DNA from: an uncultured delta proteobacterium
GTDB lineage: Bacteria > Desulfobacterota > Zymogenia > Zymogenales > Zymogenaceae
DNA: 64,000 nucleotides
Reading direction: 5' to 3'
NCBI GenBank assembly: GCA_963792965.1
Contig: CAWBYW010000007.1
Coordinates: 320,001 to 384,000, forward strand
In this document: positions 9,725 to 20,694 of the stretch, piece after piece
Layout: every line of letters starts with the position of its first letter
Position numbering within the stretch: position 1 is the first letter of the stretch
The notes under the pieces: generated by a model
The model's database searches: none
Seen by the model: only the letters and a program-made list of their open reading frames with translations
What the model was told of the DNA's origin: nothing
Made by a program: the position numbers and the translations under genes

Positions 9725-10196
9725 ATGCCAAAAAAATACTCCGATAAAGAGCCGACAAAACTCTCCGACATCCTTACGGGTATTCTCAAGGGGAAGGGAT
9801 GGGACACCATCGTTCGGGAGCATCGGGTCTTTGACGTCTGGGATGAGGTGGTGGGAACACACATCGCCAAGAACACCTGTCCTAAGCGTATCGACCGGGG
9901 GGTGCTCTTTGTTATCGTCAGCAATTCGGCATGGATTCAGGAACTGTCCCTGATGAAGGAACAAATCATCGGCCGCCTCAACGTCAAACTCAATGACCGG
10001 ATCGTGCGGGACCTCCGGTTTGCCCAGGGTAAGATATCAAAAGAAGAAAAGGAACTCATATTCCGCGTGAAGGAACCGAAATAGGAGAGGCGGCCGAGGG
10101 ATGGAGAGCTACACGAGCACAATCAAAAACCGGCGGATGAGGGATATCATCAAGAGGAACCTTGGCGGCACGTCCTCAAGACCCGAGAAGAAATGA
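9725..10196 (+). CDS. DUF721/DciA-family protein; probable frameshift near 10085
   Basis: WDEVVG..IAKNT.P..GVLFVIVSNSAWIQELSLMKEQII; ORF stops at 10084 but a plausible helical tail (TIKNRRMRDIIKR) continues in another frame to 10196. Confidence 0.75.
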
Positions 10197-10212
10197 GCGC
10201 CGCGGCACCCAC

Positions 10213-10530
10213 CTACAGGGTAACCTCATTGATCCATCGAACGTATTCGTCAAGCGCGTGAGTGATGGGAAGCGAAATAATCTCCGGTATCTTGTAGCTG
10301 TGCAGGTTCTTGATGGTCTCTTTTACCTGTTCAAAGAGCTCGCCCCGCGTCTTGATGATCATCAGGTACTCTTCACTTTCCTCTATCTTTCCCTCCCACG
10401 AGTAGATGGATCTCATATTCGGGATTATACTGACGCAGGCCGCGAGCTTTTTCTCTACCAATTCCTTGGCGATCTTCTCTGCCTCCATTTCGCCGCTGGC
10501 CGCCACCATAACCACTGTTGAGCCCGTCAT
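10213..10530 (-). CDS. cutA: Divalent cation tolerance protein CutA
   Basis: LVEKKLAACV..SIYSWEGKIE..IKT..HSYKIPEII; GGAGG RBS before ATG 10530. Confidence 0.92.
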   Translation of the reverse strand: MTGSTVVMVAASGEMEAEKIAKELVEKKLAACVSIIPNMRSIYSWEGKIEESEEYLMIIKTRGELFEQVKETIKNLHSYKIPEIISLPITHALDEYVRWINEVTL

Positions 10531-10559
10531 ACCGCCTCCTTGTTCTTGTGTGAGTTCGT

Positions 10560-11908
10560 TCATGAAAGACCCTGATGCAGGCGTTTTTTCGCGATGCCGT
10601 CTATCTTCTCGGCCCACGATGCGATTTCTTCGAGGGCCCGGTTGGCGATATACCGTTTCCGGTCCTTTTTCCTAACCCCCGCAGGAGGCGTTGGGAAGAG
10701 GCCGAAGTTGATGTTCATCGGCTGGAACTGCTCGTTTCGGGGATCGGTGATATAGGCGATGAGTGAGCCGATCGCGCTGTTTCGAGGAGGCACGACCTGA
10801 CCCTCCCCGAGGGCCAATAAGGCGAAGCGTTGAGGCCCGCCACGACCCCCATTGCCGCGGACTCCACGTATCCCTCAACGCCGACCAGCTGCCCCGAGAT
10901 GAAGATTCCCGGCCGTGTCCTGATCTCAAGAGTCGGAAAAATAAGACGGGGCGCGTGGATAAACGTGTTTCGATGGATGCTGCCGTATCTGGCGAATCGG
11001 GCGCGATCGAGCCCGGGGATCATGCGGAAGATCCGCTCCTGGTCCTTCTGTTTGAGCCGCGTCTGAAACCCGACCAGATTATAGAGGGTTCCCTCGGCGT
11101 TCTCATGCCTGAGCTGGACCACGGCAAAGGGCCGCTGGCCCGTCTGAGGATCGACCAGACCGACCGGCTTCATGGGACCGAAAGAGAGGGTGTCGTCACC
11201 CCTTTTCACCATCACTTCGATGGGAAGACAGCCTTCAAATATCTTGGTATCCTCAAAAGAATGGGGGAGTACCTCGTCGGCCCGCTTAACCTCTCTGACA
11301 AAGCGATAATACTGCTCTTCATCCATCGGCAGGTTGATGTAGTCGTCGCCGCCCTTGTCGTATCGGGACCCCATAAAGGCGACATCCATATCCACGCCTT
11401 CGCCATAGACAATCGGGGAAATGGCGTCATAGAAGAAGAGGTTTTCGCGGCCCGTCGCGGCCCTCAGCTCTTGCGCGAGCGCGTCCGAGGTCAGGGGCCC
11501 GGTGGCGATAACCGCCACCGTCGCGTCCGGGAGGTGAGTGACCTCATCCCTGATCACCTCGATCAGAGGGTGGCCCTCTATCAGATCGGAGATATATGCC
11601 GAGAAGCGTTCGCGGTCAACGGCGAGGGCCGACCCCGCGGGAACCCGCGTCTGGCGGGCAGCGTGGATGATGAGGGAATCCAGGACCTCCATTTCTCTCT
11701 TGAGTATCCCCGATGCGTTATCGATGGACTCTGCGCGAAGTGAGTTGCTGCAGACCAGCTCCGCCATACCGGGGCACCTGTGGGCGGGAGAAAACTTTAC
11801 CGGCTTCATCTCATACAGGGTAACCTTCACCCCGAGCTGGGCTGCGTGCCACGCGGCCTCGCTGCCGGCCAGGCCCGCCCCGATGATTATGATATGGGGT
11901 GTCGTCAT
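10560..11908 (-). CDS. trmFO: tRNA (uracil-5)-methyltransferase TrmFO; frameshift ~10820
   Basis: GAGLAGSEAAW, ELVCSNS, FYDAISP, GVEGYVES; QPMNINFGL tail in ORF 10560..10817. Confidence 0.95.
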
Positions 11909-14204
11909 GAGATCTTTTCCAAATCCTTCTTATCGACCGCCTCGGAGAATCCGCACCCTTCCGCGGGGCAAACCAGCTGGGCCGTCCCGTCCTTCTTTTC
12001 CTTGAGCGTCATGAACGGTGAGCCGCACTTCGGGCACGGTTTGGGATACGGCCTGTTCGGGGTCGCATATTTGCATTCGGGGTATCTCGAACATCCGTAG
12101 AATACCCGCCCTTTCGTTCTCCCCTTGCTGCTCCTGCGCTCGATGAGCGTTCCCGTCCCACACTCGGGGCACTTCACGCCCGTATCGACCGCCTTCTTCA
12201 GAGATTTGATATTCTTGCACTCCGGGTAGCCGGTACATCCAAGAAACGGCCCATACCGACCCCGTTTCACCTGCATGGGTTTCCCACACTTTTCGCAGAT
12301 CTCCTCGGTCGTCAACGCCTCCCCCTCTTTTTCCTCCAGCGGGGCGACGTACCGGCAGGCGGGATAGCCGCTGCAGGCGTAAAACCTCCCGAACCTCCCG
12401 AGCTTGATGACCACCGGCTTTCCGCAGAGGGGACAGGTCTTATCCGTTGCCTGGGTCGTGAAGTCGCTCTTCTTGACTTCCTTTTCCTTCCGTATCAACA
12501 GGTCGATGAAAGGCTCCCAGAAATTCTTGATCACCGGACGCCACTCGATCCTGCCCGCCGCCACGCTGTCAAGGTCTTCCTCCATATGGGCGGTGAAGCC
12601 GTAATCGACGTACCTCGTGAAATGAGCCACCAACAGGTCGCTCACGGCCATCCCGATATCCTCGGGATAGAAGCGCCTCTCCTTCAGGGTAACGTACTGC
12701 CTCGTCTTGAGGGTATTGATGATCCCCGCGTAGGTCGAGGGCCTTCCGATCCCGTACTCCTCCAGGGCCTTGATGAGGGTCGCCTCGGAAAAGCGGGGCG
12801 GCGGCGCGGTGAAGTGCTGCTCGGGCACGATCCCGATCGCCGTGAGGGGATCGCCTTCGGCAAGCAGCGGGAAGCTTCGTCTCCCGCTCTTCGGCCTCGT
12901 CGTCGATACCCTCAAGATAGACCTTCGAGAACCCGGGGAATTTCACGGTATATCCCGTCGCCCGGAAGGTATAGCCGTTGTCACTAGTGATATCCACCGA
13001 GACCGAATCAAGGATCTGCTCGGCCATCTGGCAGGCGATCGTCCGCTTCCAGATGAGATCATAGAGGGCAAGCTCATCCTTCGTGAGGTATTTTCTCAAC
13101 GACTCGGGCGTCCGGGAAAGCGACGTGGGCCGGATCGCCTCGTGCGCCTCCTGCGCGCCCTTGGACTTTTGTCTGTAATACCGAGGCTTTTCGAGAGCGT
13201 ATTCCTTGCCGTAGAGCCTGACGACAACGTCGTGCGCCTCCATCAGGGCCGTGTGGGCGATCTGGACGCTGTCGGTCCTCATATAGGTGATCAGGCCGGC
13301 CATCGTGTCTCCGACGGCCTTCCCCTCGTAGAGCTTCTGGGCCACGTCCATGGTCCTCTTGGCGGTGAACGAGAGCTTGCGCGACGCCTCCTGCTGGAGG
13401 GTGCTCGTGATGAAAGGCGGCGCGGGGGTCCTCTTGACGTCTCGCCTGCGCACCTGTCCAACGGCAAAGGACGCCCTCTCCAGCTCGTCGATGAGCTCGA
13501 ATGCCGCCGATTCCTCGGCGATATCGAATTTATCGAGCTTCTTGCCGTTCTTCGCCGTCAGGGTCGCCGAAAAGGGCTCGTAGGTACCGGCTCTTCGTGA
13601 ATATCCCCTCGATAGTCCAGAACTCCTGAGAGATGAAGCCCTGGATCTCGCGCTCCCGCTCGCAGATCATCCTGAGGGCGACGGATTGAACCCGGCCCGC
13701 CGAGAGGCGATACCGGATCTTCTTCCACAAGAACGGCGAGAGGTTAAACCCCACCAGGTAGTCGAGTATTACCCGCGCCTGTTGGGCATCGACGAGGTTC
13801 TTGGAGATCTTACGGGGATTGGCGAAGGCTTCCTGTATGGCATCCTTCGTCACCTCAGAAAATATGACACGGTGTACCTCGATTCCCTTCTTTTCCCCGT
13901 TGTCCAGGCCGAGGACGGACATAAGGTGCCAGGCGATGGCTTCCCCCTCACGGTCAAGGTCGGTGGCGAGGTAGACCTTGTCGACACCCTTCATCTCGTC
14001 CTTGATTCGGTCGATATACTTCTTCTTTTCCTCCAGCACCTCGTAGATGGGTGCGAAGTCGTTGTTCACGTCCACCGAGCCGTCCTTACTCGGCAACGAG
14101 CGGACGTGTCCATACGAGGCGACCACCTTGAAGGTATTGCCGAGGTATTTTTCTATGGTCTTCGCCTTTGCCGGCGATTCGACGATGACAAGAGATTTCG
14201 CCAT
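11905..14204 (-). CDS. topA: DNA topoisomerase I with C4 zinc fingers; frameshifts ~13590 and ~12870
   Basis: IVESPAKAKTI, ATDLDREGE, SAGRVQS, LITYMRTDS, GIGRPSTY and zinc ribbons across three ORF pieces. Confidence 0.96.
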
Positions 14205-14220
14205 GACTTAGTCTTTCACT

Positions 14221-15333
14221 CTAAGATATGCCGACGGTATATTCAGTGGCCCCGATCCGCTTGACTAATCCCTTCATTTCGAGGTCCAGCAGGATCGCGA
14301 GCACCTGTTCGCTCCTGAGGCCGCACTCTTCGATGATAGCATCGATACATGCTGGTCCGTGCTCCACGGACTTTAACACAACCCTTTCTTCTCCGGAGAG
14401 ATTCTCATCGAGACTGTGTTCCCGTGTCCGGGCCGATTTCAGCTGGTCCCGATATCCGTGGAGGAGATAACGCAGCTCCTCGATGACATCATCGGCGGTT
14501 TCCACAAGCTTCGCGCCCTGTCGGATCAGCTTATGTGTGCCGCGGGACCTCATGGAGGTGATGTTGCCGGGCACGGCAAACACCTCTCGATTCTGTTCGA
14601 GGGCGCACTGGGCGGTGATGAGCGCACCGCTATTGGGCGACGCCTCCACGATCACCACGCCCAGCGAGATCCCGCTTATGATCCGGTTGCGTCGCGGAAA
14701 GTTCATCATCTCGGGGCCCGTGCCCATCGGGAACTCCGTGATTACCGCCCCGTGCCCGACGATCTCGTCGTAGAGCGCGCGGTTCTCCGGCGGATAAATT
14801 ACGTCGATCCCCGACCCGAGGACGGCGATCGTCCTCCCCTCCCCCTTGAGCGCCCCAATATGGGCCGCCGAGTCGATGCCGCGGGCCATTCCGCTTACGA
14901 CCGTGACACCCCGCTCGGCGAGCCCTCGGGCAATCGCCTCCGCGGAGGCAATCCCGTATCGGGTCGAATTCCGCGACCCCACGACCGCAACCGAGAGGGC
15001 GTCGGGCTCCTCTAAGGAACCTTTCAGATAGAGTATCGGCGGGGCATCATAGACCTCTCTGAGCCGTTTCGGATAGCCATCGTCCTCGAGCGTCATGATG
15101 GTTATCCCTTCCCCCTCCGCCCGCAGGATCTCGTGTTCGATCGGGCCCCAATCCTTGAAAGACGCGATGGCCGATATTTTTACCTCGCCCAGGCCCTCGA
15201 GGCCGGAAAACTCGCGCCGCTTGGCACCAAAAACCGCCTCGGCCGTCTTGAAGTGGCCGATCAACTTCTTATAGGTGACGCTGCCCACCCCCGCGATGGA
15301 AAAAAGAGCTATGGCGTAGTGCCGAGAGTCCAT
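14221..15333 (-). CDS. dprA: DNA-processing protein DprA
   Basis: VVGSR, SGMARGIDSAAH, FPRRNRIISG, VFAVPG. Confidence 0.95.
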   Translation of the reverse strand: MDSRHYAIALFSIAGVGSVTYKKLIGHFKTAEAVFGAKRREFSGLEGLGEVKISAIASFKDWGPIEHEILRAEGEGITIMTLEDDGYPKRLREVYDAPPILYLKGSLEEPDALSVAVVGSRNSTRYGIASAEAIARGLAERGVTVVSGMARGIDSAAHIGALKGEGRTIAVLGSGIDVIYPPENRALYDEIVGHGAVITEFPMGTGPEMMNFPRRNRIISGISLGVVIVEASPNSGALITAQCALEQNREVFAVPGNITSMRSRGTHKLIRQGAKLVETADDVIEELRYLLHGYRDQLKSARTREHSLDENLSGEERVVLKSVEHGPACIDAIIEECGLRSEQVLAILLDLEMKGLVKRIGATEYTVGIS

Positions 15334-15375
15334 TGGGAAAAGAAGTATATATATTTTACAAATTAAGTCAAGATG

Positions 15376-15405
15376 AAAAGCGGCGCCGAGAATTCCCGAC
15401 GCCGC
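15376..15405 (-). terminator. Intrinsic terminator after the LysM gene
   Basis: Minus strand GCGGCGTCGGGAATTCTCGGCGCCGC-TTTT. Confidence 0.6.
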
Positions 15406-15429
15406 CGAGCGAGCCTTATGGAGCCCTAT

Positions 15430-16600
15430 CTATTCGACCTGCAGCCTGACCATATCGCCGAGGGTAATGTTTGAATTCGACCGGCTGACCACCGCCGTGG
15501 ACGTAAACTCACCGGCATTGAGAATCACGAGCTGTCCGATCACGTCGGGTGGATAGATGATCCCCTTAGCGGAGAGCTCCTCGGTTACCGTATTGCTTTC
15601 GAGCATCTTCTGGTATTCTTCGGCCTTCAGCTTTCCCTTATTATATTCTTCCCTCAGCTGCAGAACGTCAAAGACGTCGCCCACCCGGACCCCGTCGGCG
15701 TATCCCCTATCGATATAGACGACATCGTTTTCCCCGATCATCGGCGCTTCTTCTTCATTCTTTTCACCTTGTAAAGAGTAGACGATATATCCGACGACCG
15801 GATTCTTTCCTTTCATCACCCGTATAGTTTTTACGGTCGGCTCGAAGGGCCTGATTCGATCTTTGATTCTGATGACGTCGGTCGCGTTGAGGATTATCGC
15901 GGCCGCGGTCTTGGCACCGATGGACGTCACCTCAAGCTCGCCGACGATATTGACGGCGTAGCCCAGGGTCTTGCCGGTTATCGGGTGTTTAACCTTATCC
16001 TCGGCCCTGAATATGGAGAAGCGATCGCCGCGCTTCAGGTCCACAAACCGTTCCTTGGGCAGCTTGATAAAGACGATATTGTCGTCGGTGAGGAACCTCT
16101 TTTCCTCCCTTGTGTGATCGATATAGCCCGGAATCCTCAAGCTCCTTTTCGGTCATGAAGCCCGAGTTGAGGACCTTGGGAATATAATAGACGTCCGACG
16201 GCTCCATGGAAAACTTCTCTTCCGTTGACGGAGTGGGGGTAACCTCCGGCGGTAGGACCTCGGGATAGCTCGTGATCCCCTCGGGGACCTTGCGGATGAC
16301 CGGTTGTGTCTCCTCGGCGACCGGTTTCGTCTCCTCCGGGGCCGGTTTCGTCTCACCGAGGATGAGCTTATCCCCCGGACGGATCACATTGGGGTTCTTG
16401 ATCTGGGGGTTGAGATTCCAGATCAGCGGCCATTTGCCCGGATCCTGATAGACATCCTTCGAGATGGTCCACATGGTGTCACCCTTCTTGATGATGTAGA
16501 CCCGGGTGTCCGGGCTGGTGGGGGGAGGGGTCTGTGCCGAAGCGGCCACGGCGACCAAAAGCAGAGCAGCAACGGTCGAGGAAACGACTCTTTTTTTCAT
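15430..16600 (-). CDS. Secreted LysM peptidoglycan-binding protein (TsaP-like); frameshift ~16133
   Basis: Signal peptide; YIIKKGDTMWTIS..WPLIWNLNPQIKNPNVIRPGD; C-terminal VVYIDRG..DGVRVGD; lies upstream of dprA. Confidence 0.85.
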
Positions 16601-16627
16601 ATAGCATCCAATAAAAACGGTTAGATA

Positions 16628-17464
16628 CTACTTTATCCTTTCCCGCGCGAGGCCGGCCGCCGGTGTGTCGGGATACGTCTTGATCAGCTCGGCATAGGCG
16701 GCCAGCGCTTCGGTCGTATCGCCGAGCTTTTCATCGCAGTATCCCATCTTCAAAAGGGCGTCGGGTACCTTGTCCCTGCCGGGAAAAGAGTCCTTGACTT
16801 TCTTAAAGTTGTTAAAGGCCTTATGGTAGTCTCCCGTCAGATAGTAGCATTCGCCGATCCAATAGTAGGCGTTATCGGTCAGCTCATCGTTCGGATATGT
16901 CGTGACGAATTTCTGAAAGAGAGGTAAAGCGGCCTCCGCTTTCCGACCCATGATTTCGCCGAGGGCCGCGTCGTAAAGGACCTGGGCGTCTTTTGGGGTG
17001 AGATCCTTTGTCGGCGTTGTCCCGCCGACCGTCGACACATCTCCATCCTTTGGGGCGGCGCTCTTGGTATCGTTAGGGGACGTCCCCTTCACCTCGGACG
17101 GCGCCGCAGGCGTGCCCTTTCCTTCTTTCTCGGCCGGTGGCCCTGACTTGTCACTTGACGGGGCCGCCCCCCCCGCCGGCAACTCGTTCTTATCGAGTAT
17201 CTCTTCTTGTACCTGCTTGTGCGCACTCCCCGAGACGTACGCGTCAAGGGCGGTCTCATCGCGGCCCACACGCTCGCTCAGCTCGGCAACCTCCCTGGTC
17301 AGCTCCGCCACTTTGTCCCCGAGGTCGGTGATACTGCGGTCCATCTCGCTGATCCTTTTATCGTCGCTCGGCCTCACGTTTCCCGTGGTCATTTCACAAC
17401 CGGAGACGACGGACGTCAGAATACAGATCAGCAAGAATAATGGAATACGGAGGTCCTTCTTCAT
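16628..17464 (-). CDS. cpoB: Tol-Pal protein YbgF/CpoB (coiled coil + TPR lipoprotein)
   Basis: Lipobox VSGC; YPNDELTDNAYYWIGE; KVPDALLKMG. Confidence 0.85.
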   Translation of the reverse strand: MKKDLRIPLFLLICILTSVVSGCEMTTGNVRPSDDKRISEMDRSITDLGDKVAELTREVAELSERVGRDETALDAYVSGSAHKQVQEEILDKNELPAGGAAPSSDKSGPPAEKEGKGTPAAPSEVKGTSPNDTKSAAPKDGDVSTVGGTTPTKDLTPKDAQVLYDAALGEIMGRKAEAALPLFQKFVTTYPNDELTDNAYYWIGECYYLTGDYHKAFNNFKKVKDSFPGRDKVPDALLKMGYCDEKLGDTTEALAAYAELIKTYPDTPAAGLARERIK

Positions 17465-17634
17465 ATGGTATGACACCAAACCTCTCTTTCTTATTACATA
17501 ACCAATTTTAGCCCTTTTGTCAAGTATTTACCGGTCCGAGTTTTAACTTTGTTTTTCTATTTATCCGTGTTAGTATAGAAATTCGGAACATCCGGTACCC
17601 GTCGGTGTCGTAAGAAAAAACGGAGGTATCATAC

Positions 17635-18597
17635 ATGAAAAACCGAAAAATCCTTATGTTACTGGTCCTCGTGCTGCTGTCCCTTACCTTTGCGCTGTCC
17701 TGCAGCAGCAAAGAAAAGGCGATGCCACCGGCGGGAACCGGAACAGATGCCGAAAAGAGCCTCGGCGGCGCCCCCTCCACGACCGAAGCACTCGCACCGG
17801 AGGCCGCTCCCTCTCCAACCACGGATGAGATGACCCGCACCCCCGCAGCTCCCGCTCCCTCCGAGTCCATGGAGCAAAAGATCATCAAGACGGCCGATAT
17901 CAGTATCGAGGTAAAGAACTTCGAGACATCTCTTACCGAAGTCAGGAAGATCGTCAAGGAGGTTGCCCCCACAGACAACGACGGCTATATTGCAAATAGC
18001 TCCTCTTCAAAATCCGATTCCGGCGCTCTGACCGGCACGGTCGTGATCCGAATCGTCCCGGGTAAGTTCGACCTCCTGATCGAAAAGCTGACCGCCCTCG
18101 GAGACGTCAAGTCCCAGCAGATAACGGGCGAGGACATTACCAAGGAATACTATGATCTCAAGGGCTCACTCACGGTAAAGGAAAAGACGGAAGAACGTCT
18201 GCTGCAGCTTCTGGCGACACGCACGAATAACGTCGCCGATCTCCTTGAGGTCGAGCGCGAGCTCGGCAGGGTCCGTGAGGAGATCAACGGCATCGAGGGT
18301 ACGCTGAGGTATTATGATAACCTCGTGGGAAAATCGACCATCAACCTGACGCTTTACGAGCCGGAGCCGATCGTTTCCGGCGCAGGTGTTATTTGGGGTC
18401 CGGTTAAGGACGCCCTGAGGAATTCCCTTGAGGTCTTCTCGAAGTCTGTCGCCGTTCTAATTGTCTTTGTCATGGGCGCCCTGCCCTGGATCGTCGTCGG
18501 CATCATTATTTATTTTATCGTCCGAGCGATCGTCAGGAAGCGACGCATCAAAAAGCAGCAGGAAGCCGCGTCAAGCGCGAAACCGAAAACAAAGTAG
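17635..18597 (+). CDS. DUF4349 lipoprotein with C-terminal TM helix
   Basis: Lipobox ALSC; KIIKTADISIEV; EDITKEYYD; LEVERELGRVREEI. Confidence 0.85.
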   Translation: MKNRKILMLLVLVLLSLTFALSCSSKEKAMPPAGTGTDAEKSLGGAPSTTEALAPEAAPSPTTDEMTRTPAAPAPSESMEQKIIKTADISIEVKNFETSLTEVRKIVKEVAPTDNDGYIANSSSSKSDSGALTGTVVIRIVPGKFDLLIEKLTALGDVKSQQITGEDITKEYYDLKGSLTVKEKTEERLLQLLATRTNNVADLLEVERELGRVREEINGIEGTLRYYDNLVGKSTINLTLYEPEPIVSGAGVIWGPVKDALRNSLEVFSKSVAVLIVFVMGALPWIVVGIIIYFIVRAIVRKRRIKKQQEAASSAKPKTK

Positions 18598-18614
18598 TCA
18601 AACAAACCAATCCG

Positions 18615-18641
18615 TGGGGGGATGGGACCATCCCCCCATTT
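18615..18641 (+). terminator. Hairpin/terminator after the DUF4349 gene
   Basis: TGGGGGGATGG-GA-CCATCCCCCCA-TTT. Confidence 0.55.
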
Positions 18642-18648
18642 ATTCCTT

Positions 18649-20073
18649 ATGCGAGACATCCCTCTCTATACCCTCATCCCGAAATATGACCGGCTTGGAT
18701 CGGTTATGATCGATGCCGGTATGCGGGTCTACCTCGTCGGCGGAGCGATCCGCGACTTCCTCCTCAACAGACAATCATACGACTTTGACTTCATCGTCTT
18801 CGATGACCCCGAGGATTTTGCCCGGAGATTTTCCGACGCGGTCGGCGGGAGGCTGGTCGTCCTGGACGACGAAGAGCGAATTTACCGGGTGGTTTCGGAA
18901 GGGATCGAATACGATTTTTCCGCCCCGAAGGGGCCCGACCTCCCATCGGACGTGAGAAAGAGGGATTTCACCATCAATTCCCTTGCCGCAGACGCGTCGA
19001 TATCCCCCTCCCCGATTCTTTCCCTGGCCGGGGGCCAAGCTGACCTTACCGAGGGGATTATCCGGATCACCTCAGACGGGGTCTTCGAGGACGACCCCCT
19101 ACGGTTACTTCGGGCATTTCGGCTGGCCGCCGTCCTTGATTTCCGCATCGACGACGAGACGAAAGAGATGATCTCCGAAAGACACGGCCTCATCTATTCC
19201 GTCTCCCCCGAGCGCCTTCGAGACGAATGTGCCAAGCTCTTCTCCGCCCGGCGCTCTTTTGGGGTCGTTCTCTCGATGGATGAGACAGGGCTCCTGACGA
19301 CGATCTTCCCACAAATCGAGTCCATGAGAGGGGTGTCGCAGAACCGCTGGCATATCCAGGACGTTTGGGGCCACTCTCTTTCCTCCCTTCGGGAGATCGA
19401 GGCGATCATGGAATGCCCCGAGCGCTTCTTCCCCGGACGCGGAGCCGTGATTGCCGCATACCTCGACGGACCGCTCGGCTCAGGCTGGACTCGCGGCTCC
19501 CTCCTGAAGCTGATCGCCCTCGTCCACGACATCGGAAAGCCCGAGACGAGGATTATCGGTAAAGACGGCGAGGCGGCGTTTTACGGACACGAGAACAGGG
19601 GCGCGGAAATCTTCACGAACGTCGCAAGCACTATCCTGCTGGGCAAAAAGGCCGTCCGCTTCGGAAAGATTCTCATTAAGAACCATATGCGGCTCCTGTC
19701 GCTTTCTGTCTCACAGAAGGTAACCAGGCGTGCGATCACGAGGCTCTTTCGGGACGTCGGTGATGCCGTCTGCGCCCTCCTCATCCTCGGGCTTGCAGAT
19801 ACGATGGCCGGCAGGGCCGATCAGGAAAGGCTGGAACAAAGCATACGGCTGATCGACGAGATCCTCACGACTCTCGACGAAGTCTCCCAGGCCGTGACTC
19901 CCCTGCTTTCCGGCGCCGAGATCATGGAGCTTGCCGCCGTTGGTGAGGGGAAGATCGTCGGGAGGCTCAAGTCCGACCTCTCCGACGCCCAGGCGTCAGG
20001 AGACATAACGTCGAAAAGGCGTGCAATGACTTTCATTAAAGAAAGGATGAAACGATATGGAAAGACTCTCTGA
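18649..20073 (+). CDS. tRNA nucleotidyltransferase with HD domain, probably CC-adding type
   Basis: VGGAIRD..DFDF, KRDFTIN, DDPLRLLRAFR, ERLRDE, HDIGKP. Confidence 0.85.
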   Translation: MRDIPLYTLIPKYDRLGSVMIDAGMRVYLVGGAIRDFLLNRQSYDFDFIVFDDPEDFARRFSDAVGGRLVVLDDEERIYRVVSEGIEYDFSAPKGPDLPSDVRKRDFTINSLAADASISPSPILSLAGGQADLTEGIIRITSDGVFEDDPLRLLRAFRLAAVLDFRIDDETKEMISERHGLIYSVSPERLRDECAKLFSARRSFGVVLSMDETGLLTTIFPQIESMRGVSQNRWHIQDVWGHSLSSLREIEAIMECPERFFPGRGAVIAAYLDGPLGSGWTRGSLLKLIALVHDIGKPETRIIGKDGEAAFYGHENRGAEIFTNVASTILLGKKAVRFGKILIKNHMRLLSLSVSQKVTRRAITRLFRDVGDAVCALLILGLADTMAGRADQERLEQSIRLIDEILTTLDEVSQAVTPLLSGAEIMELAAVGEGKIVGRLKSDLSDAQASGDITSKRRAMTFIKERMKRYGKTL

Positions 20074-20578
20074 TACCGCGCGGGTCATCAAGTGCGTCTT
20101 CGGGGTGTTGATGATCGTCTCCTTTTTTCTCCCCTGGGTTGCCCAGACCCCGAGCTGTATGGACAAGACGGTCGTCATTCGGGACAACATCTCGGGATTC
20201 ACGCTCGTCCGCGAGGGCACCGTGGTTCAGGCGCTTGCGGCGCCCCTCTTCGGGATAGCCGCTGCCGCCCTGGCGCTCATCGTCCGGGGACGCGCGATGC
20301 CGCTTTTCCGTTCCCTTGTCTCACTGGTCGAGATCCCCGTCGCCGTATATCTTATCTTCTATGTCGACGTCGCCCTGAGGCTCTTTACCCCCTTTGTCAT
20401 CCGATACGGGTACATCACGACCGAGGTCCTGTTTTACGGCATCCCGATCATCTCACTGTCCGAGGTTGGTATCCACTTTGAGAAGCTCAAGAGAAACGGA
20501 AAGGTCATCGTCGGTGTCGTCATCGTCGCCTACGTCATCATGGCGCTCGTCGGGTACCTCTCTCGCCATATGATGTGA
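20057..20578 (+). CDS. Hypothetical integral membrane protein
   Basis: About 5 hydrophobic helices; FFLPW near N-terminus; overlaps the upstream stop. Confidence 0.7.
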   Translation: MERLSDTARVIKCVFGVLMIVSFFLPWVAQTPSCMDKTVVIRDNISGFTLVREGTVVQALAAPLFGIAAAALALIVRGRAMPLFRSLVSLVEIPVAVYLIFYVDVALRLFTPFVIRYGYITTEVLFYGIPIISLSEVGIHFEKLKRNGKVIVGVVIVAYVIMALVGYLSRHMM

Positions 20579-20595
20579 CGGCACTCCGCCAAATC

Positions 20596-20619
20596 AAAAG
20601 GGGCCCGAAGCCCCCTTTT
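20596..20619. terminator. Bidirectional terminator
   Basis: AAAAGGGGC-CCGAA-GCCCCCTTTT between convergent genes. Confidence 0.65.
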
Positions 20620-20694
20620 AATTGATCGATCGATCGGATCGCCGAAACGCGTGGAGATCCGGGTATGATTCGTTGACCGTACGTCCCCCGCGAA

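Noticed and set aside
10082-10260. Amber (pyrrolysine) readthrough of the DUF721 gene
   Set aside because: The in-frame readthrough is not protein-like and runs into cutA; a shifted frame gives a more plausible tail, so an indel is the simpler explanation.
11905-14204. topA (and nusB, plsB) as pseudogenes or programmed frameshifts
   Set aside because: Essential functions with intact motifs and no consistent slippery sites; fits the window-wide indel pattern.
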